Shown here: in pieces, positions 45,701-55,310 of the stretch | How positions within the stretch are numbered: the first letter of the stretch is position 1 | Layout: every line of letters begins with the position of its first letter | From: a virus | Taxonomy: Duplodnaviria; Caudoviricetes | IMG/VR virus record: IMGVR_UViG_3300007004_000001 | Location: 1 to 57,897 of that record | DNA length: 57,897 bases | Strand: one strand, 5' to 3' | Made by a program: the position numbers and the translations under genes | Notes under the pieces: model-generated | The model's database searches: none | What the model was told of the DNA's origin: nothing | Seen by the model: the letters and a program-made list of their open reading frames with translations, nothing else

Positions 45701-46870
45701 ATGGCCGAGATCGACACCCCCAAGACCCAGCCCGACTTCGCGCGCCCTGTTGCGGCGCAGGTCGAACCCGAGCCTCGCGTGCAACTGCACGGCGACGAGG
45801 CCGCCAAGCTCGCGCTGCTGGCCAAGTACAGCGGCGCCAAGGAAGACGCGAAACCGCGCGCCCCGGATGGCAAGTTCGCCGCGAAGAGCGAACCGGAGGC
45901 GGCGGTAGAGGCCGAGCCGGTAGCCGAGGAAGCTGACGAGACGCCGGCCGAGGAGGACGCGAACGCCGCCCCGGAGTCCGATGGAGACGTGGCGGCCGAT
46001 GAGGGCACACCGGCCAAGCCCGCCGCTGACCTGACCGAAGCCGAGAAGCGCTTCGCCGCTGCACTGCACAAGCTCGACGACCGAGCCGACGAACTGAAGC
46101 GCCGGCAGGAGGAGTACGAGACGCGGTATGCGCCTCGGGTGAAGCAGATCGAGGCGGCGGCCGACAAGGTGGCAGCGGACCCGATCGGCGCCTATGTCGA
46201 GTTCCTGGCCGGCAGTCTCGGCATCACCGCTGAGGAGGCCGAGGCCGAGCGAGATCGGGTGTTCGAAGATTGGGCTAGCCAACAGCTCGGCGTTGTGCAA
46301 GGCTCGAAGCACAATAAGGCGTCAAGCCAGAGCGCGACCTCTCGAAAGCTCCGACAGGATCTTGAGAGACACAAGCAAGAGACGCGCAACGCCGCCGAGA
46401 GACAGAAAGCCGAAGCCGCGGACCGCGAGTTCCAGGCTGAGGTGAACAAGGGGATCGAGGCCGTCGCCTCTCTCCTCGACGAGAAGGCCACTCCATACCT
46501 TCACGCGCTGACGGACAAGACGCCAGCCGAGACGGTGTGGGAGCTGATCGTCGAGGCGAAGAAGCAAGGCCAGGATCTCTCGCCTGAAAAGGCGGCAATT
46601 CTCGCGAACAACTACTACCAAAAGAGAGCCGAACGGCTCTCGCACCTGCTCGGAACAGGCAGTGCGCCCGAATCCAAGGGGCCCGCACCATCGCCGCCGA
46701 CAGGTGAGGCACCAAAAAAGCAAGCAGCCACGGCACCAAGCAAGAAGCCAAAGACCCTCACCGATCAGCAAGCGAACGCGAAACCCGCGCTCACCACTCA
46801 GGAAGCGAAGCCGAAGTATCGATCTGTCGATGACGAACGCCTCGCGCTCCTGATGAAGCACTCGAAGTAG
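45701..46870 (+). CDS. Scaffolding protein
   Basis: RAPDGKF motif, acidic linker and coiled coils; between portal and capsid. Confidence 0.75.
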   Translation: MAEIDTPKTQPDFARPVAAQVEPEPRVQLHGDEAAKLALLAKYSGAKEDAKPRAPDGKFAAKSEPEAAVEAEPVAEEADETPAEEDANAAPESDGDVAADEGTPAKPAADLTEAEKRFAAALHKLDDRADELKRRQEEYETRYAPRVKQIEAAADKVAADPIGAYVEFLAGSLGITAEEAEAERDRVFEDWASQQLGVVQGSKHNKASSQSATSRKLRQDLERHKQETRNAAERQKAEAADREFQAEVNKGIEAVASLLDEKATPYLHALTDKTPAETVWELIVEAKKQGQDLSPEKAAILANNYYQKRAERLSHLLGTGSAPESKGPAPSPPTGEAPKKQAATAPSKKPKTLTDQQANAKPALTTQEAKPKYRSVDDERLALLMKHSK

Positions 46871-46914
46871 GCCGCACTGCGCTGTTGACGAGCGGGAACC
46901 CCGAGGAGGGTCCC

Positions 46915-48147
46915 GTGAGCTACACCGCAACTGATCACGACGCAGTACTCAAGGACTGGTACACCGACGAGCGCATCCAGGATCTCTCCGCTTACCACAA
47001 CCCGTTCTTCGGGATGGTCAAGAAGGAGATGCAGGGCGGGCGCAAGTACGTCCAGCCCATCGACATCCAGCTCCCAGGCGGCGGGTCGGCCTCGTACGCC
47101 AAGTCGCGCACGAACCAGACCAAGTCGCTGTGGGAGGCGTTCGAGCTGACCCGCGTCACCCAGTACCAGCTGGCGACGGTCGGCAACCACGTCATCCGCG
47201 CGACGCAGAACGATCGCGCGGCGTTCCTCCCCGCGTTCAAGGAGTTCGACCGCGCGTTCCGTGCGTGCGGTGACAAGATCGCGCGGCAGATGTTCCGCAC
47301 GACCGGCGGCAGCATCGGCCGCATCTCGACGTCGACCACGCTGGCCGGCGCCGACATCGTCCTGACCGATCCGGCCGACGCGTTCAACTTCTACGTCGGC
47401 CAGCTGCTCACCTCGGACACCGTCGATGGCGGCGGCACCGAGACGGACTCGGGCGACACGCTGGCGGTCACCGCCGTCGACGTCGAGAACGGCATCATCA
47501 CGGTCGCCGAGAACATCGACACCGTCTCGGGTATCGCTCACGGCGACTACCTGTTCACCGACGGTGACTACGGCGCGTGCATGGCGGGCCTCGCCTCGTG
47601 GCTGCCGGTCGACCGCTCGGTGCTGAGCACCCCGTTCTACGGCGTCACCCGCTCGACGCACGAGGACAAGCTCGGCGGCATCTACCTCGACGCGAGCGCG
47701 ATGCAGATCGACGAGGCGATCATCAAGCTCGTCGCGAAGGTCCACAAGCACGGTGGCATGGTCGACCGAGTGCTCGGCAACCCCGAGACGCTCAGCGACC
47801 TCCAGCTGCTCTGGAACGGCAAGCGCCAGATGACCGACGTCGAGGCGCGGGTCTCGCCGGTGGTCGGCTACCCGGGCTTCAAGGTCAACGTCCCGGGCGG
47901 CGGCGCGGTCGAGTTCTACTCGGACCGCAACTGCCCGAGCAATCGCCTCTACGCGCTCCAGATGGACACGTGGACGCTCTACCACGCCGGCGAGTGCCCT
48001 GGCTTCCTGCTCAAGGGCCTCGGCTCGGCGTACAGCGGCATCCTGCTGCCCGTCGCGGACGCCGACGACTGGGAGTCCCGCATCGGCGGGTACTTCAACC
48101 TCGGCTGTTCGGCGCCCGGCTTCAACGGCGTCGCGAAGCTGGCCTGA
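46915..48147 (+). CDS. Major capsid protein
   Basis: 410 aa after the scaffold; strong SD GAGGAGG and highly biased codon usage. Confidence 0.82.
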   Translation: MSYTATDHDAVLKDWYTDERIQDLSAYHNPFFGMVKKEMQGGRKYVQPIDIQLPGGGSASYAKSRTNQTKSLWEAFELTRVTQYQLATVGNHVIRATQNDRAAFLPAFKEFDRAFRACGDKIARQMFRTTGGSIGRISTSTTLAGADIVLTDPADAFNFYVGQLLTSDTVDGGGTETDSGDTLAVTAVDVENGIITVAENIDTVSGIAHGDYLFTDGDYGACMAGLASWLPVDRSVLSTPFYGVTRSTHEDKLGGIYLDASAMQIDEAIIKLVAKVHKHGGMVDRVLGNPETLSDLQLLWNGKRQMTDVEARVSPVVGYPGFKVNVPGGGAVEFYSDRNCPSNRLYALQMDTWTLYHAGECPGFLLKGLGSAYSGILLPVADADDWESRIGGYFNLGCSAPGFNGVAKLA

Positions 48148-48155
48148 GCCGCGCT

Positions 48156-48193
48156 GGAGGTGGGGAGTGGCGCATAGCGCTACTCCCTCCTCC
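48156..48193 (+). promoter_or_regulatory. Strong hairpin after the capsid gene (stabiliser, processing site or attenuator)
   Basis: GGAGG..GGGAGTGGCGC-ATA-GCGCTACTCCC.CCTCC; no U-tract. Confidence 0.55.
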
Positions 48194-48214
48194 GCCGCAC
48201 CCCAAGAGGTGAAT

Positions 48215-48838
48215 ATGGGCAACCGAACCAGAAACCCCGTCGAGGCGACCGCGGACCCGCAGCCGATTCTCGTCTGGGGACACTTCACGACCAACGGGTC
48301 GTCGGCGGTCTCGACGTCGACGATCAAGGGCTGTCTCGCGACGGTCACCCGCACCGCGATCGGAACCTACAGCCTCACGTTCCAGGAGGCGTTCCCAAAG
48401 CTACTCGCGGTCGGCGACTGCATCGTCGTCGGCTCGAACGGTCGCAAGGCGTACGTCACCGCAGTCGACGTGACGGCGAAGACGGCCACGATCCAGATCC
48501 GCGGCGCGGGCGCTGTGCCAGCGTGGAGTGCGGCTCTCACGGTGACCTCGCACGTCGTGACGCTCGCTGCCGCAGGGCGCGTCGTCGCGGTCGACGCGGT
48601 GACCGCGAGTGCGACGGGGCCGAAGTCGCAGATCTACACCGGCACACCCGGCGATGGCCAGGTGCAGGTGACGTACAGCGCTGGCGGCATCGCCACGCTG
48701 ACCTTCGACACCAGCGACGCGGTGACCGCGGCCCGCATCCTCGTTGACGACGGCGGGACGATCCAGGAGTCCACCTCCGAGGTCGTCTACGTCTCGGCGC
48801 TGGTGAGCGGCTCTTCGCTCGCGAAGACCCCGCGTTGA
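48215..48838 (+). CDS. Virion structural protein (possible decoration protein)
   Basis: Thr/Ala/Val-rich beta protein with VTRTAIGTY motif. Confidence 0.6.
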   Translation: MGNRTRNPVEATADPQPILVWGHFTTNGSSAVSTSTIKGCLATVTRTAIGTYSLTFQEAFPKLLAVGDCIVVGSNGRKAYVTAVDVTAKTATIQIRGAGAVPAWSAALTVTSHVVTLAAAGRVVAVDAVTASATGPKSQIYTGTPGDGQVQVTYSAGGIATLTFDTSDAVTAARILVDDGGTIQESTSEVVYVSALVSGSSLAKTPR

Positions 48839-48852
48839 AGGAGGCCTAGGCG

Positions 48853-49515
48853 ATGGCGCGCACGTTCACACTGGCTCAGCTACGCACCGCGTTCCGTCGG
48901 AGGGGGGAGTACGACAACTCCGCCACGATGACGGACGCGATCGTCGCCGAGCTGCTGAACAGCGCCATCGCCGAAGTCCACAACATGCTCGTCTCGAAGG
49001 GCGAGGACTACCACCTTACCGACACGACGGTCGCGACGGTGGCGGGGACGGACTACGTCGCTGCACCGTCGGACTTCTTCAAGCTCGCGGGGCTGGACCT
49101 CGAGGTGAGCTCGACGGACAAGTCGATGCTCTGGTCGATGTCGCTCGACGACCGCCTCCGCGGCATCTCGCAGCGCGGCCGCCCCGAGCGGTATCGCCTG
49201 CGCGGCGTCGGATCCTCGGCGCGCATCGTGCTCGCGCCGATCCCTGACGCGGTCTACACGCTGCGGATCCACTACTACCCGGTCGCGACGGTGCTCGCCG
49301 CCGATGGAGACATCTACGACGGGATCAACGGATTCGAGGAGGCCGTGTTGCAGCTCGCGCTGTACCGTGCCGACGAGCGCGAGGGGCGCCCCTCGGCGAA
49401 CGGGCGGCTTGGCGAGGCGCAGCGCCTGCTCGCGATGTTCAGCCAGGCGGCCGACTCGCGCATCCTCGCCGAGCCGCAGTACCTCAATCCGCCAGGCGGA
49501 TGGGTGGACTACTGA
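48853..49515 (+). CDS. Head-tail adaptor protein
   Basis: TLAQLR, LLNSAI.E, P.DF, G.P..Y and P.PDAVY.L...YY pattern. Confidence 0.75.
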   Translation: MARTFTLAQLRTAFRRRGEYDNSATMTDAIVAELLNSAIAEVHNMLVSKGEDYHLTDTTVATVAGTDYVAAPSDFFKLAGLDLEVSSTDKSMLWSMSLDDRLRGISQRGRPERYRLRGVGSSARIVLAPIPDAVYTLRIHYYPVATVLAADGDIYDGINGFEEAVLQLALYRADEREGRPSANGRLGEAQRLLAMFSQAADSRILAEPQYLNPPGGWVDY

Positions 49516-49922
49516 TGGCCCGCCGCGTACCCAGGCGCCCAGTCGCCGCACCGCGCATCTCCGTGCCGGGGGCGCATGAGGTAAGCGTCCGTGCCGGGAC
49601 GACCAAGAGCGGTGGTGCTGCTCCGCTGGCCACGACCGACTCGACGGCCACCGAGCGTTCGCTGATCCAGCTCGAGGACGCGGTCAACCTGCTCGGCGAA
49701 GGGCTGAGCGTCCTCGTACACGACCTAGTCGTCGGGCTCAACCGCGTTCCGAACCCGCGTGGGCGCACAGCGCGCGCCGTGCTCCTCTGCCCGACCGTCG
49801 CCGATGCGTCGTTCGGCTTCGGCTACGACCCGGACGGCGACGGCAACCCGCATCCGCAGCGCGAGATCTGGCTGACCCTGGTCGGGGTCGATCAGCCGCG
49901 CGCGCGACTGGTGGTGCTCTAG
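49515..49922 (+). CDS. Virion hypothetical protein
   Basis: TGATG coupling. Confidence 0.55.
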   Translation: MARRVPRRPVAAPRISVPGAHEVSVRAGTTKSGGAAPLATTDSTATERSLIQLEDAVNLLGEGLSVLVHDLVVGLNRVPNPRGRTARAVLLCPTVADASFGFGYDPDGDGNPHPQREIWLTLVGVDQPRARLVVL

Positions 49923-51085
49923 TGGCAACGGCGAACATGCTGCTCGAGCAGCCCACGGGCGGTGGCGACACCGGGACGTGGGACGACAAGCTCAACGCCA
50001 ACAACCTGCTGATCGACGCGCACGATCACTCGACGGGCAAGGGCACCAAGGTCACCGCTGCCGGCCTGAACATCACCACCGACCTGTCGCTCGGCGCGGC
50101 ATCGGCGACCGCGGCCGGCTCGGTGGACTTCACGGCGAAGGCGTCGAGCTACGTCGCATCCCGCGTCCGCTCGCTCTACGTCGACAGCGGCGACAACGAA
50201 CTGTACTGGGTCACGAGCGGCGGCACGCGCGTCAAGCTCACGCTGGCCAACTCGATCAACACCGCGCTGGTCGGCGGCATCACCGGCGACTACGCGTCCA
50301 CCGACGCGGACGTCAACTACGAGGACGCCAACAAGCGGTTCCGCTTCTACAACGACGACAGCCCGCAGCAGTGGGCCTCGCTCTACGCCGGCAACGTGGC
50401 GCTGCACGAGGCGGCGACCTCTTCGATCTCGAACCGCGTGCTGCTCAAGAGCCCAGCGGCGCTCGCGGCCAGCTACGACGTCACGTTTCCCGCCGCGGTG
50501 CCGGCCTCGAGCAACTCGTGCGTGCAGATGTCGACGACGGGCGTGCTATCCGCTTCGCCGACGCCGACGCTCACCTCTCTCACGACGACCAGCACTGTCA
50601 CCGCGGGCGGCCTCATCACCGCCTCCGCTGGACTCACCGGCGCGAGCGGACAGCACGTCACCGTCGCCGGATCCGGTCGCCACAAGCACGGCACGATGGA
50701 GTTCGACCTTGCCGCCTGCGACTTCGTGCAGCGTGCGGGTTCGTTCGGCGACGGCATCCTCGGCGATGGTGTCTGGACGTTTGCTGCCACGACCGAACTG
50801 GAAGGGGCGGTCCGCCTCCCCGTCGGAGCGCGCGTCATCTCGTTCACGGCGCACTCGGATCGCAACGGCGCCGGGACGCTCACGTACCGGCTCAAGAAGC
50901 GGACGCTCAGCACGGTCACGACCGTGGCGACGCTCTCGCAGTCGTCCGGCACGGGATGGACCACGTCGGCATCGGCCGCCATCAACTACACGATGGAGGC
51001 CGCATACCAGGTCTGGATCAGCGTCGTCTCCGATTCGACGTCGCACAGCTTCGGACACATCGTCCTGTCCTACGACTTCCCATGA
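49922..51085 (+). CDS. Tail fibre/needle-like protein
   Basis: GTW..KLN.N...ID.HDH N-terminus; Thr/Ser-rich. Confidence 0.6.
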   Translation: MATANMLLEQPTGGGDTGTWDDKLNANNLLIDAHDHSTGKGTKVTAAGLNITTDLSLGAASATAAGSVDFTAKASSYVASRVRSLYVDSGDNELYWVTSGGTRVKLTLANSINTALVGGITGDYASTDADVNYEDANKRFRFYNDDSPQQWASLYAGNVALHEAATSSISNRVLLKSPAALAASYDVTFPAAVPASSNSCVQMSTTGVLSASPTPTLTSLTTTSTVTAGGLITASAGLTGASGQHVTVAGSGRHKHGTMEFDLAACDFVQRAGSFGDGILGDGVWTFAATTELEGAVRLPVGARVISFTAHSDRNGAGTLTYRLKKRTLSTVTTVATLSQSSGTGWTTSASAAINYTMEAAYQVWISVVSDSTSHSFGHIVLSYDFP

Positions 51086-54000
51086 CGCTCGCAGAGGCAC
51101 AGATTCGCCTCTCGTTCGCGGGGGGCATCGAGACGAAGGCGGACGCCAAGTCCGTTCCGACGGCGAAGCTGCTCGTCCTGGAGAACGCCGTGTTCACCAA
51201 GGCCGTTTCGCTGGTGAAGCGCAACGGGTATCAGGCCTACTCGACGCTGATCCTCGGCGAGGACGGCAGCTACAGCGGCGCGCGCGCGATCGGCAAGCGC
51301 GGCTCGGAACTGGTGCTCTTCACCGACGAGGCGGCGTACAGCTACAGCCGAGCTGCGTCTCGCTGGTCGGAGATCGGCGCGTTCCAGTCGGTGCTCGTCG
51401 CGGACAGCGTCGTCTCGAAGACGAACAGCGAGCAGACGATGGCCGACCTCGCGACGCTCGCGAGCGTCACCGTCGTTGCCTGGGAGGACAGCCGTGGCGG
51501 CGTCTACTGCTCGCTCGTCGACGAGTCGGGTCGCATGCTGGTGCAGCCGCGCCAGCTGTCCGCGACGGGTGTCCGTCCGCGCGTCGTCGTATCCGGGACG
51601 CGGCTGCACGTCTACTACGTCGAGGCGGCGAGCGGGCGGATCATGGTGCTCGTCGTCAACCCGGCGACGATCGAGGCTGCCGCAACGGACCTGCCCGAGA
51701 TCCTTATCGACGACCTGGACCCGGCGCTGCCGTACTACGACGCCGAGGGGGCGAGCGACGCGGCGACGATGGCGTGGTACGCGACGACCGGCAAGATCCG
51801 CGTCGCTTACATCGCGCCGGCCGGGATGATCGGAACGCCGGGCAGCGGGTTCTCTTCGCCGCTCACGCACACGCCTGCCGCCGCACCGATGCGCTGCATC
51901 GCCGTGACGCGCAACCCGAACGGGCTGCGCCAGATCGCCGTGGTCTACGCGGGCCTGTCGAGCGTGCGCTCCTTTGCCGTCTCGTCGGCGCTGGTCGCCG
52001 GCTCCGAGGTCTCGATCGGCGGCATCGTGATGGCCCACCGCGTGACCGCCGCGTTCCTGCGCGACGAGACCGGCGGCGAAGTCCAGTACGTCGCGTTCTG
52101 GGAAGCGACCGCCGCTGCGCCGCGTGACCACATCGTGCGCTGGGCGACCGTCAACGCGACGACGAGCATCACGGCCTCCTCGGCCACGACGCAGCGTGGT
52201 TGCGGTCTCGCTTCGCGCGCGTTCGCCGACGGGGCGTACGTCTACGTCCACACGGTCCACGAGACGACCTACTTCTCGACGTACTTCCTCCAGCGGCACA
52301 GCGATGGGCAGGTCGTCGCGCGCATCCTCCCGGGTCTCGCTGGTGGGGTCACGTCGTCCGCGATGCTGCCCGGCGTGCATGTCACGTCGACGGCGCGCGA
52401 GTACGAGTGGGCGTCGATCTACAACGTGCAGCTGGAGAGCCAGAGCGGCGACCAGTTCACCGAGTCCGGGATCCGGCGCCAGAGCCTCGCGTTCGACAGC
52501 GAGCAGTCGCACCAGTCCGCGCCGCTCGGTGCGTGTCTCTACGTCGGCGGCGGGCACCTGTGGTTGTACGACGGGGCGAACCTCGTCGAGGCACAGCCGC
52601 ACTACGCCCCCGACGGCGAGATCGCGCAGAGCTTCGGCAGTTTCGGCTCGGGCGGCATGACGGCCGGGGTGCGCAGCTACCTGTTCGTTCCCGAGGGAGT
52701 CACGGCGACCGGCGAGCGTATCCGCGGTCCGGTGTCGATCCCGTACGAGGTTGAGGTCGAGGCGAGCGAGTATGTAGAGTTTTCGATCCCGACGATCCGG
52801 CACACCGCGTGGCGCGCGCCGGGCTCGCGGCTGAGCATCGGCGTGTACCGCACCGTCGACGGAGACGCGTCCATCTACTACCGGTGCTCGTCGCTCGACC
52901 CGACGACCGAGGGCGACCCGAACGGCTACGTCACCAACGATCCGACCGCGGACACCGTGACGTTCCTCGACAACCTGTCCGACGACGACTTGCAAGAGCG
53001 CGAGCCGTTCTACGGGACGGGCGGCGTCGTCGAGAACGACCCGTGTCCGCCGCCGTCGATCCTGGTGCAGGGCAAGGAGCGTCTGTTCTTCACCGACGCG
53101 AGCGACCCGTACGTCGTGCGCTACACGAAGCAGCGCGCTGACGGGTACACGGCCGAGCCGTCGCCGCACCTCGCGCTCGCGGTCGACCAGAACGGTGGGC
53201 GCATCACCGGACTCGCTGTCATGGACGATGCGCTGGTGATCTTCAAGGAGTCGGCGATCTACGTCGTCTCGGGCGAAGGGCCGCTCGCCGCGCCGGACCT
53301 CGGCGGCGGATTCTCGGCGCCGGCGCTCATCACCACCGACGTCGGGTGCAGCAACGCCGACTCGATCGCGACGACGCCGCTCGGCCTCGTGTTCCAGTCA
53401 GCAAAGGGCATCTATCTCCTGGATCGCGGCAGATCGACGACGTACATCGGAGCGCCGGTCGAGGCGTACAACGCGCAGCGGGTCACGCGCGCCACGCTGG
53501 TCGAGGGCAAGACGCAGGTCCGCTTCCTCACCGACAGCGGCGTGACGCTGCTCTATGACTACCTGTTTGGCCAGTGGTCGACGTTCACGAACCACGAGGG
53601 GCTCGACGCGCTCGTGCTCGACGGGACGTACCACTACCTCCGCACCGATGGCCGCGTCTTCGCCGAGACGGATGGCGTCTATCGCGACGACAACTCGCAG
53701 ATCCGCATGCGGATCGAGACGGCGTGGATCCGGTTCCGCGACGCGCTCCAGGGCTGGCAGCGCATCTGGCACGCGCTGATCCTCGGCGAGTACAAGAGCC
53801 CGCACGTCCTCGCCGTGTCGTGGGCGAAGGACTACTCGCCGCAGTTCACGCCGCCGCTCGAGATCGACACCGGCGCGCTCTACGCAGCGCAGACCGGCTA
53901 TGGCGATGGCGCGTATGGCGCGGGCCCGTACGGCGGCACCGGCATGGAGTCGGTGGGGGACGCGTACCAGCACAAGATTCACATCGGCGTCCACGGGCAG

Positions 54001-54132
54001 GCGCTGCGCTTCCGCTTCGAGGATCGCGAGGACTCCGACGACTACGGCGCCTCGTTCGAACTGACCGAACTCTTGCTGACGGGTGGAGTGCTGCGCGGTC
54101 ACGCAGCGGTGTCCCCGTCGAGGATGGCGTAG
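51082..54132 (+). CDS. Tail tubular/nozzle (stabilisation) protein, about 1016 aa
   Basis: F.GG...LENA N-terminus and beta-propeller-like C-terminal half (LVIFKESAIY, DVGC...SI, LYDY..GQWS). Confidence 0.75.
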   Translation: MTLAEAQIRLSFAGGIETKADAKSVPTAKLLVLENAVFTKAVSLVKRNGYQAYSTLILGEDGSYSGARAIGKRGSELVLFTDEAAYSYSRAASRWSEIGAFQSVLVADSVVSKTNSEQTMADLATLASVTVVAWEDSRGGVYCSLVDESGRMLVQPRQLSATGVRPRVVVSGTRLHVYYVEAASGRIMVLVVNPATIEAAATDLPEILIDDLDPALPYYDAEGASDAATMAWYATTGKIRVAYIAPAGMIGTPGSGFSSPLTHTPAAAPMRCIAVTRNPNGLRQIAVVYAGLSSVRSFAVSSALVAGSEVSIGGIVMAHRVTAAFLRDETGGEVQYVAFWEATAAAPRDHIVRWATVNATTSITASSATTQRGCGLASRAFADGAYVYVHTVHETTYFSTYFLQRHSDGQVVARILPGLAGGVTSSAMLPGVHVTSTAREYEWASIYNVQLESQSGDQFTESGIRRQSLAFDSEQSHQSAPLGACLYVGGGHLWLYDGANLVEAQPHYAPDGEIAQSFGSFGSGGMTAGVRSYLFVPEGVTATGERIRGPVSIPYEVEVEASEYVEFSIPTIRHTAWRAPGSRLSIGVYRTVDGDASIYYRCSSLDPTTEGDPNGYVTNDPTADTVTFLDNLSDDDLQEREPFYGTGGVVENDPCPPPSILVQGKERLFFTDASDPYVVRYTKQRADGYTAEPSPHLALAVDQNGGRITGLAVMDDALVIFKESAIYVVSGEGPLAAPDLGGGFSAPALITTDVGCSNADSIATTPLGLVFQSAKGIYLLDRGRSTTYIGAPVEAYNAQRVTRATLVEGKTQVRFLTDSGVTLLYDYLFGQWSTFTNHEGLDALVLDGTYHYLRTDGRVFAETDGVYRDDNSQIRMRIETAWIRFRDALQGWQRIWHALILGEYKSPHVLAVSWAKDYSPQFTPPLEIDTGALYAAQTGYGDGAYGAGPYGGTGMESVGDAYQHKIHIGVHGQALRFRFEDREDSDDYGASFELTELLLTGGVLRGHAAVSPSRMA

Positions 54133-54134
54133 CG

Positions 54135-55310
54135 ATGGGCACCATGAGCAGCATGGGAGCGGGGGCCGGTTCGGCGGACTGGGCAGCGCTCACCGAGGCC
54201 GCCCGCAAGAAGCGCGAAGCCGAGGCCGCTGCTGCCGCCGCCGCTGCCGCCGCAGCGCAGAGGCAGACCGACACGTACAAGGGCGCGGCGATGGCTGGCA
54301 TGCAGGGCGCGCAGAACCGCGACGCTCCGCAGGCTGCTCGCACCGTCGTCGGCCCGGTCGCACAGGCCGGCTACACGACGCTCGACGGGGCGGCGCAGAA
54401 CCAATCGCGCCAGTTCCAGATGGACCTCGCGAACCGGCTACAAGGCATCGCGAGCGGGCAGCAAAAGGGCGCCGGCGAGCTCGCCACGGAGCGGCAGGTG
54501 CGGCAAGGCATCGCGGCGCAGATGGCCGCTGCCGCCTCGCAGCGCGGTGGCAACGCAGCGCTCGCAGCGCGCGGTGCTGCTCGCAACGCCGGTGCACTGA
54601 GCACGAGCGGCGTCGGGCAGGCGCAACAGGCGGCGCTCCAGGATCAGTCGGCGGCGAACCAGGCGCTCGCCGGTGTCGCGCAGGGCATGCGTGGCCAGGA
54701 CATCGATCTCGCGTCGCAGAACGCGCAGCTGACGCAGCAGACGAACCTCGCGAACATGTCCGCCGAGAACCAGCGGATCTTTCAGCAGGCAGGCCTGGAC
54801 CAGTCGACGTCGCTCGCGAACATGCAGGCGAAGTTGACCCAGATGGGCATGAACGATCAGGCGGCGCTCAGCTACCTGTCGCTGCTCTTCGGGCGTGACG
54901 CGGCGGAGCTGAACGCGCAGCTTCAGCGAGAGGGGCTCGACGCGGCGACGCAGCAGAACGGCCTCGGATGGGGAGATGTCCTCTCGGTCGGCGGAACACT
55001 TGGTGCCGCGGCGCTGATGTCCGATCGCCGCCTGAAGAAGAACATCCGATCTGCCCGCCGCGACATCGACGAGATGCTCGACGGACTCAAGCCGTACGAC
55101 TACTCGTACAAAGACGAGAAGCACGGCAAGGGTCCGCGCGCCGGGATTATGGCGCAGGACATGGAGCGCTCGAAGCTGGGCGCCTCAATCGTTCGGCAGT
55201 TGCCCGAGGGGAAAGCGCTGGACGTCAACAAGGCGATCAGTGCTGGCCTCGCCGCCGCAGCTCGCCTGAACGAGCGACTCAACAAGCTGGAGGGCAAGGG
55301 GAAGCGCTGA
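54135..55310 (+). CDS. Internal virion/pilot protein with a C-terminal peptidase S74-like chaperone domain
   Basis: Ala/Gln-rich coiled coil, then SDRRLKKNI...YSYK...GIMAQD. Confidence 0.75.
   Translation: MGTMSSMGAGAGSADWAALTEAARKKREAEAAAAAAAAAAAQRQTDTYKGAAMAGMQGAQNRDAPQAARTVVGPVAQAGYTTLDGAAQNQSRQFQMDLANRLQGIASGQQKGAGELATERQVRQGIAAQMAAAASQRGGNAALAARGAARNAGALSTSGVGQAQQAALQDQSAANQALAGVAQGMRGQDIDLASQNAQLTQQTNLANMSAENQRIFQQAGLDQSTSLANMQAKLTQMGMNDQAALSYLSLLFGRDAAELNAQLQREGLDAATQQNGLGWGDVLSVGGTLGAAALMSDRRLKKNIRSARRDIDEMLDGLKPYDYSYKDEKHGKGPRAGIMAQDMERSKLGASIVRQLPEGKALDVNKAISAGLAAAARLNERLNKLEGKGKR

Noticed and set aside
46714-46720. A-AAA-AAG slippery site producing a scaffold-capsid fusion
   Set aside because: The -1 frame is the capsid frame, but it meets a TGA at about 46831, before the capsid start.
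51070-53169. Long antisense ORFs (this one, 1315-2760, 14549-16249, 41674-43083, 46798-48354 and similar)
   Set aside because: They are shadow frames of strongly GC3-biased genes, Arg/Ala-rich and without motifs or ribosome-binding sites.
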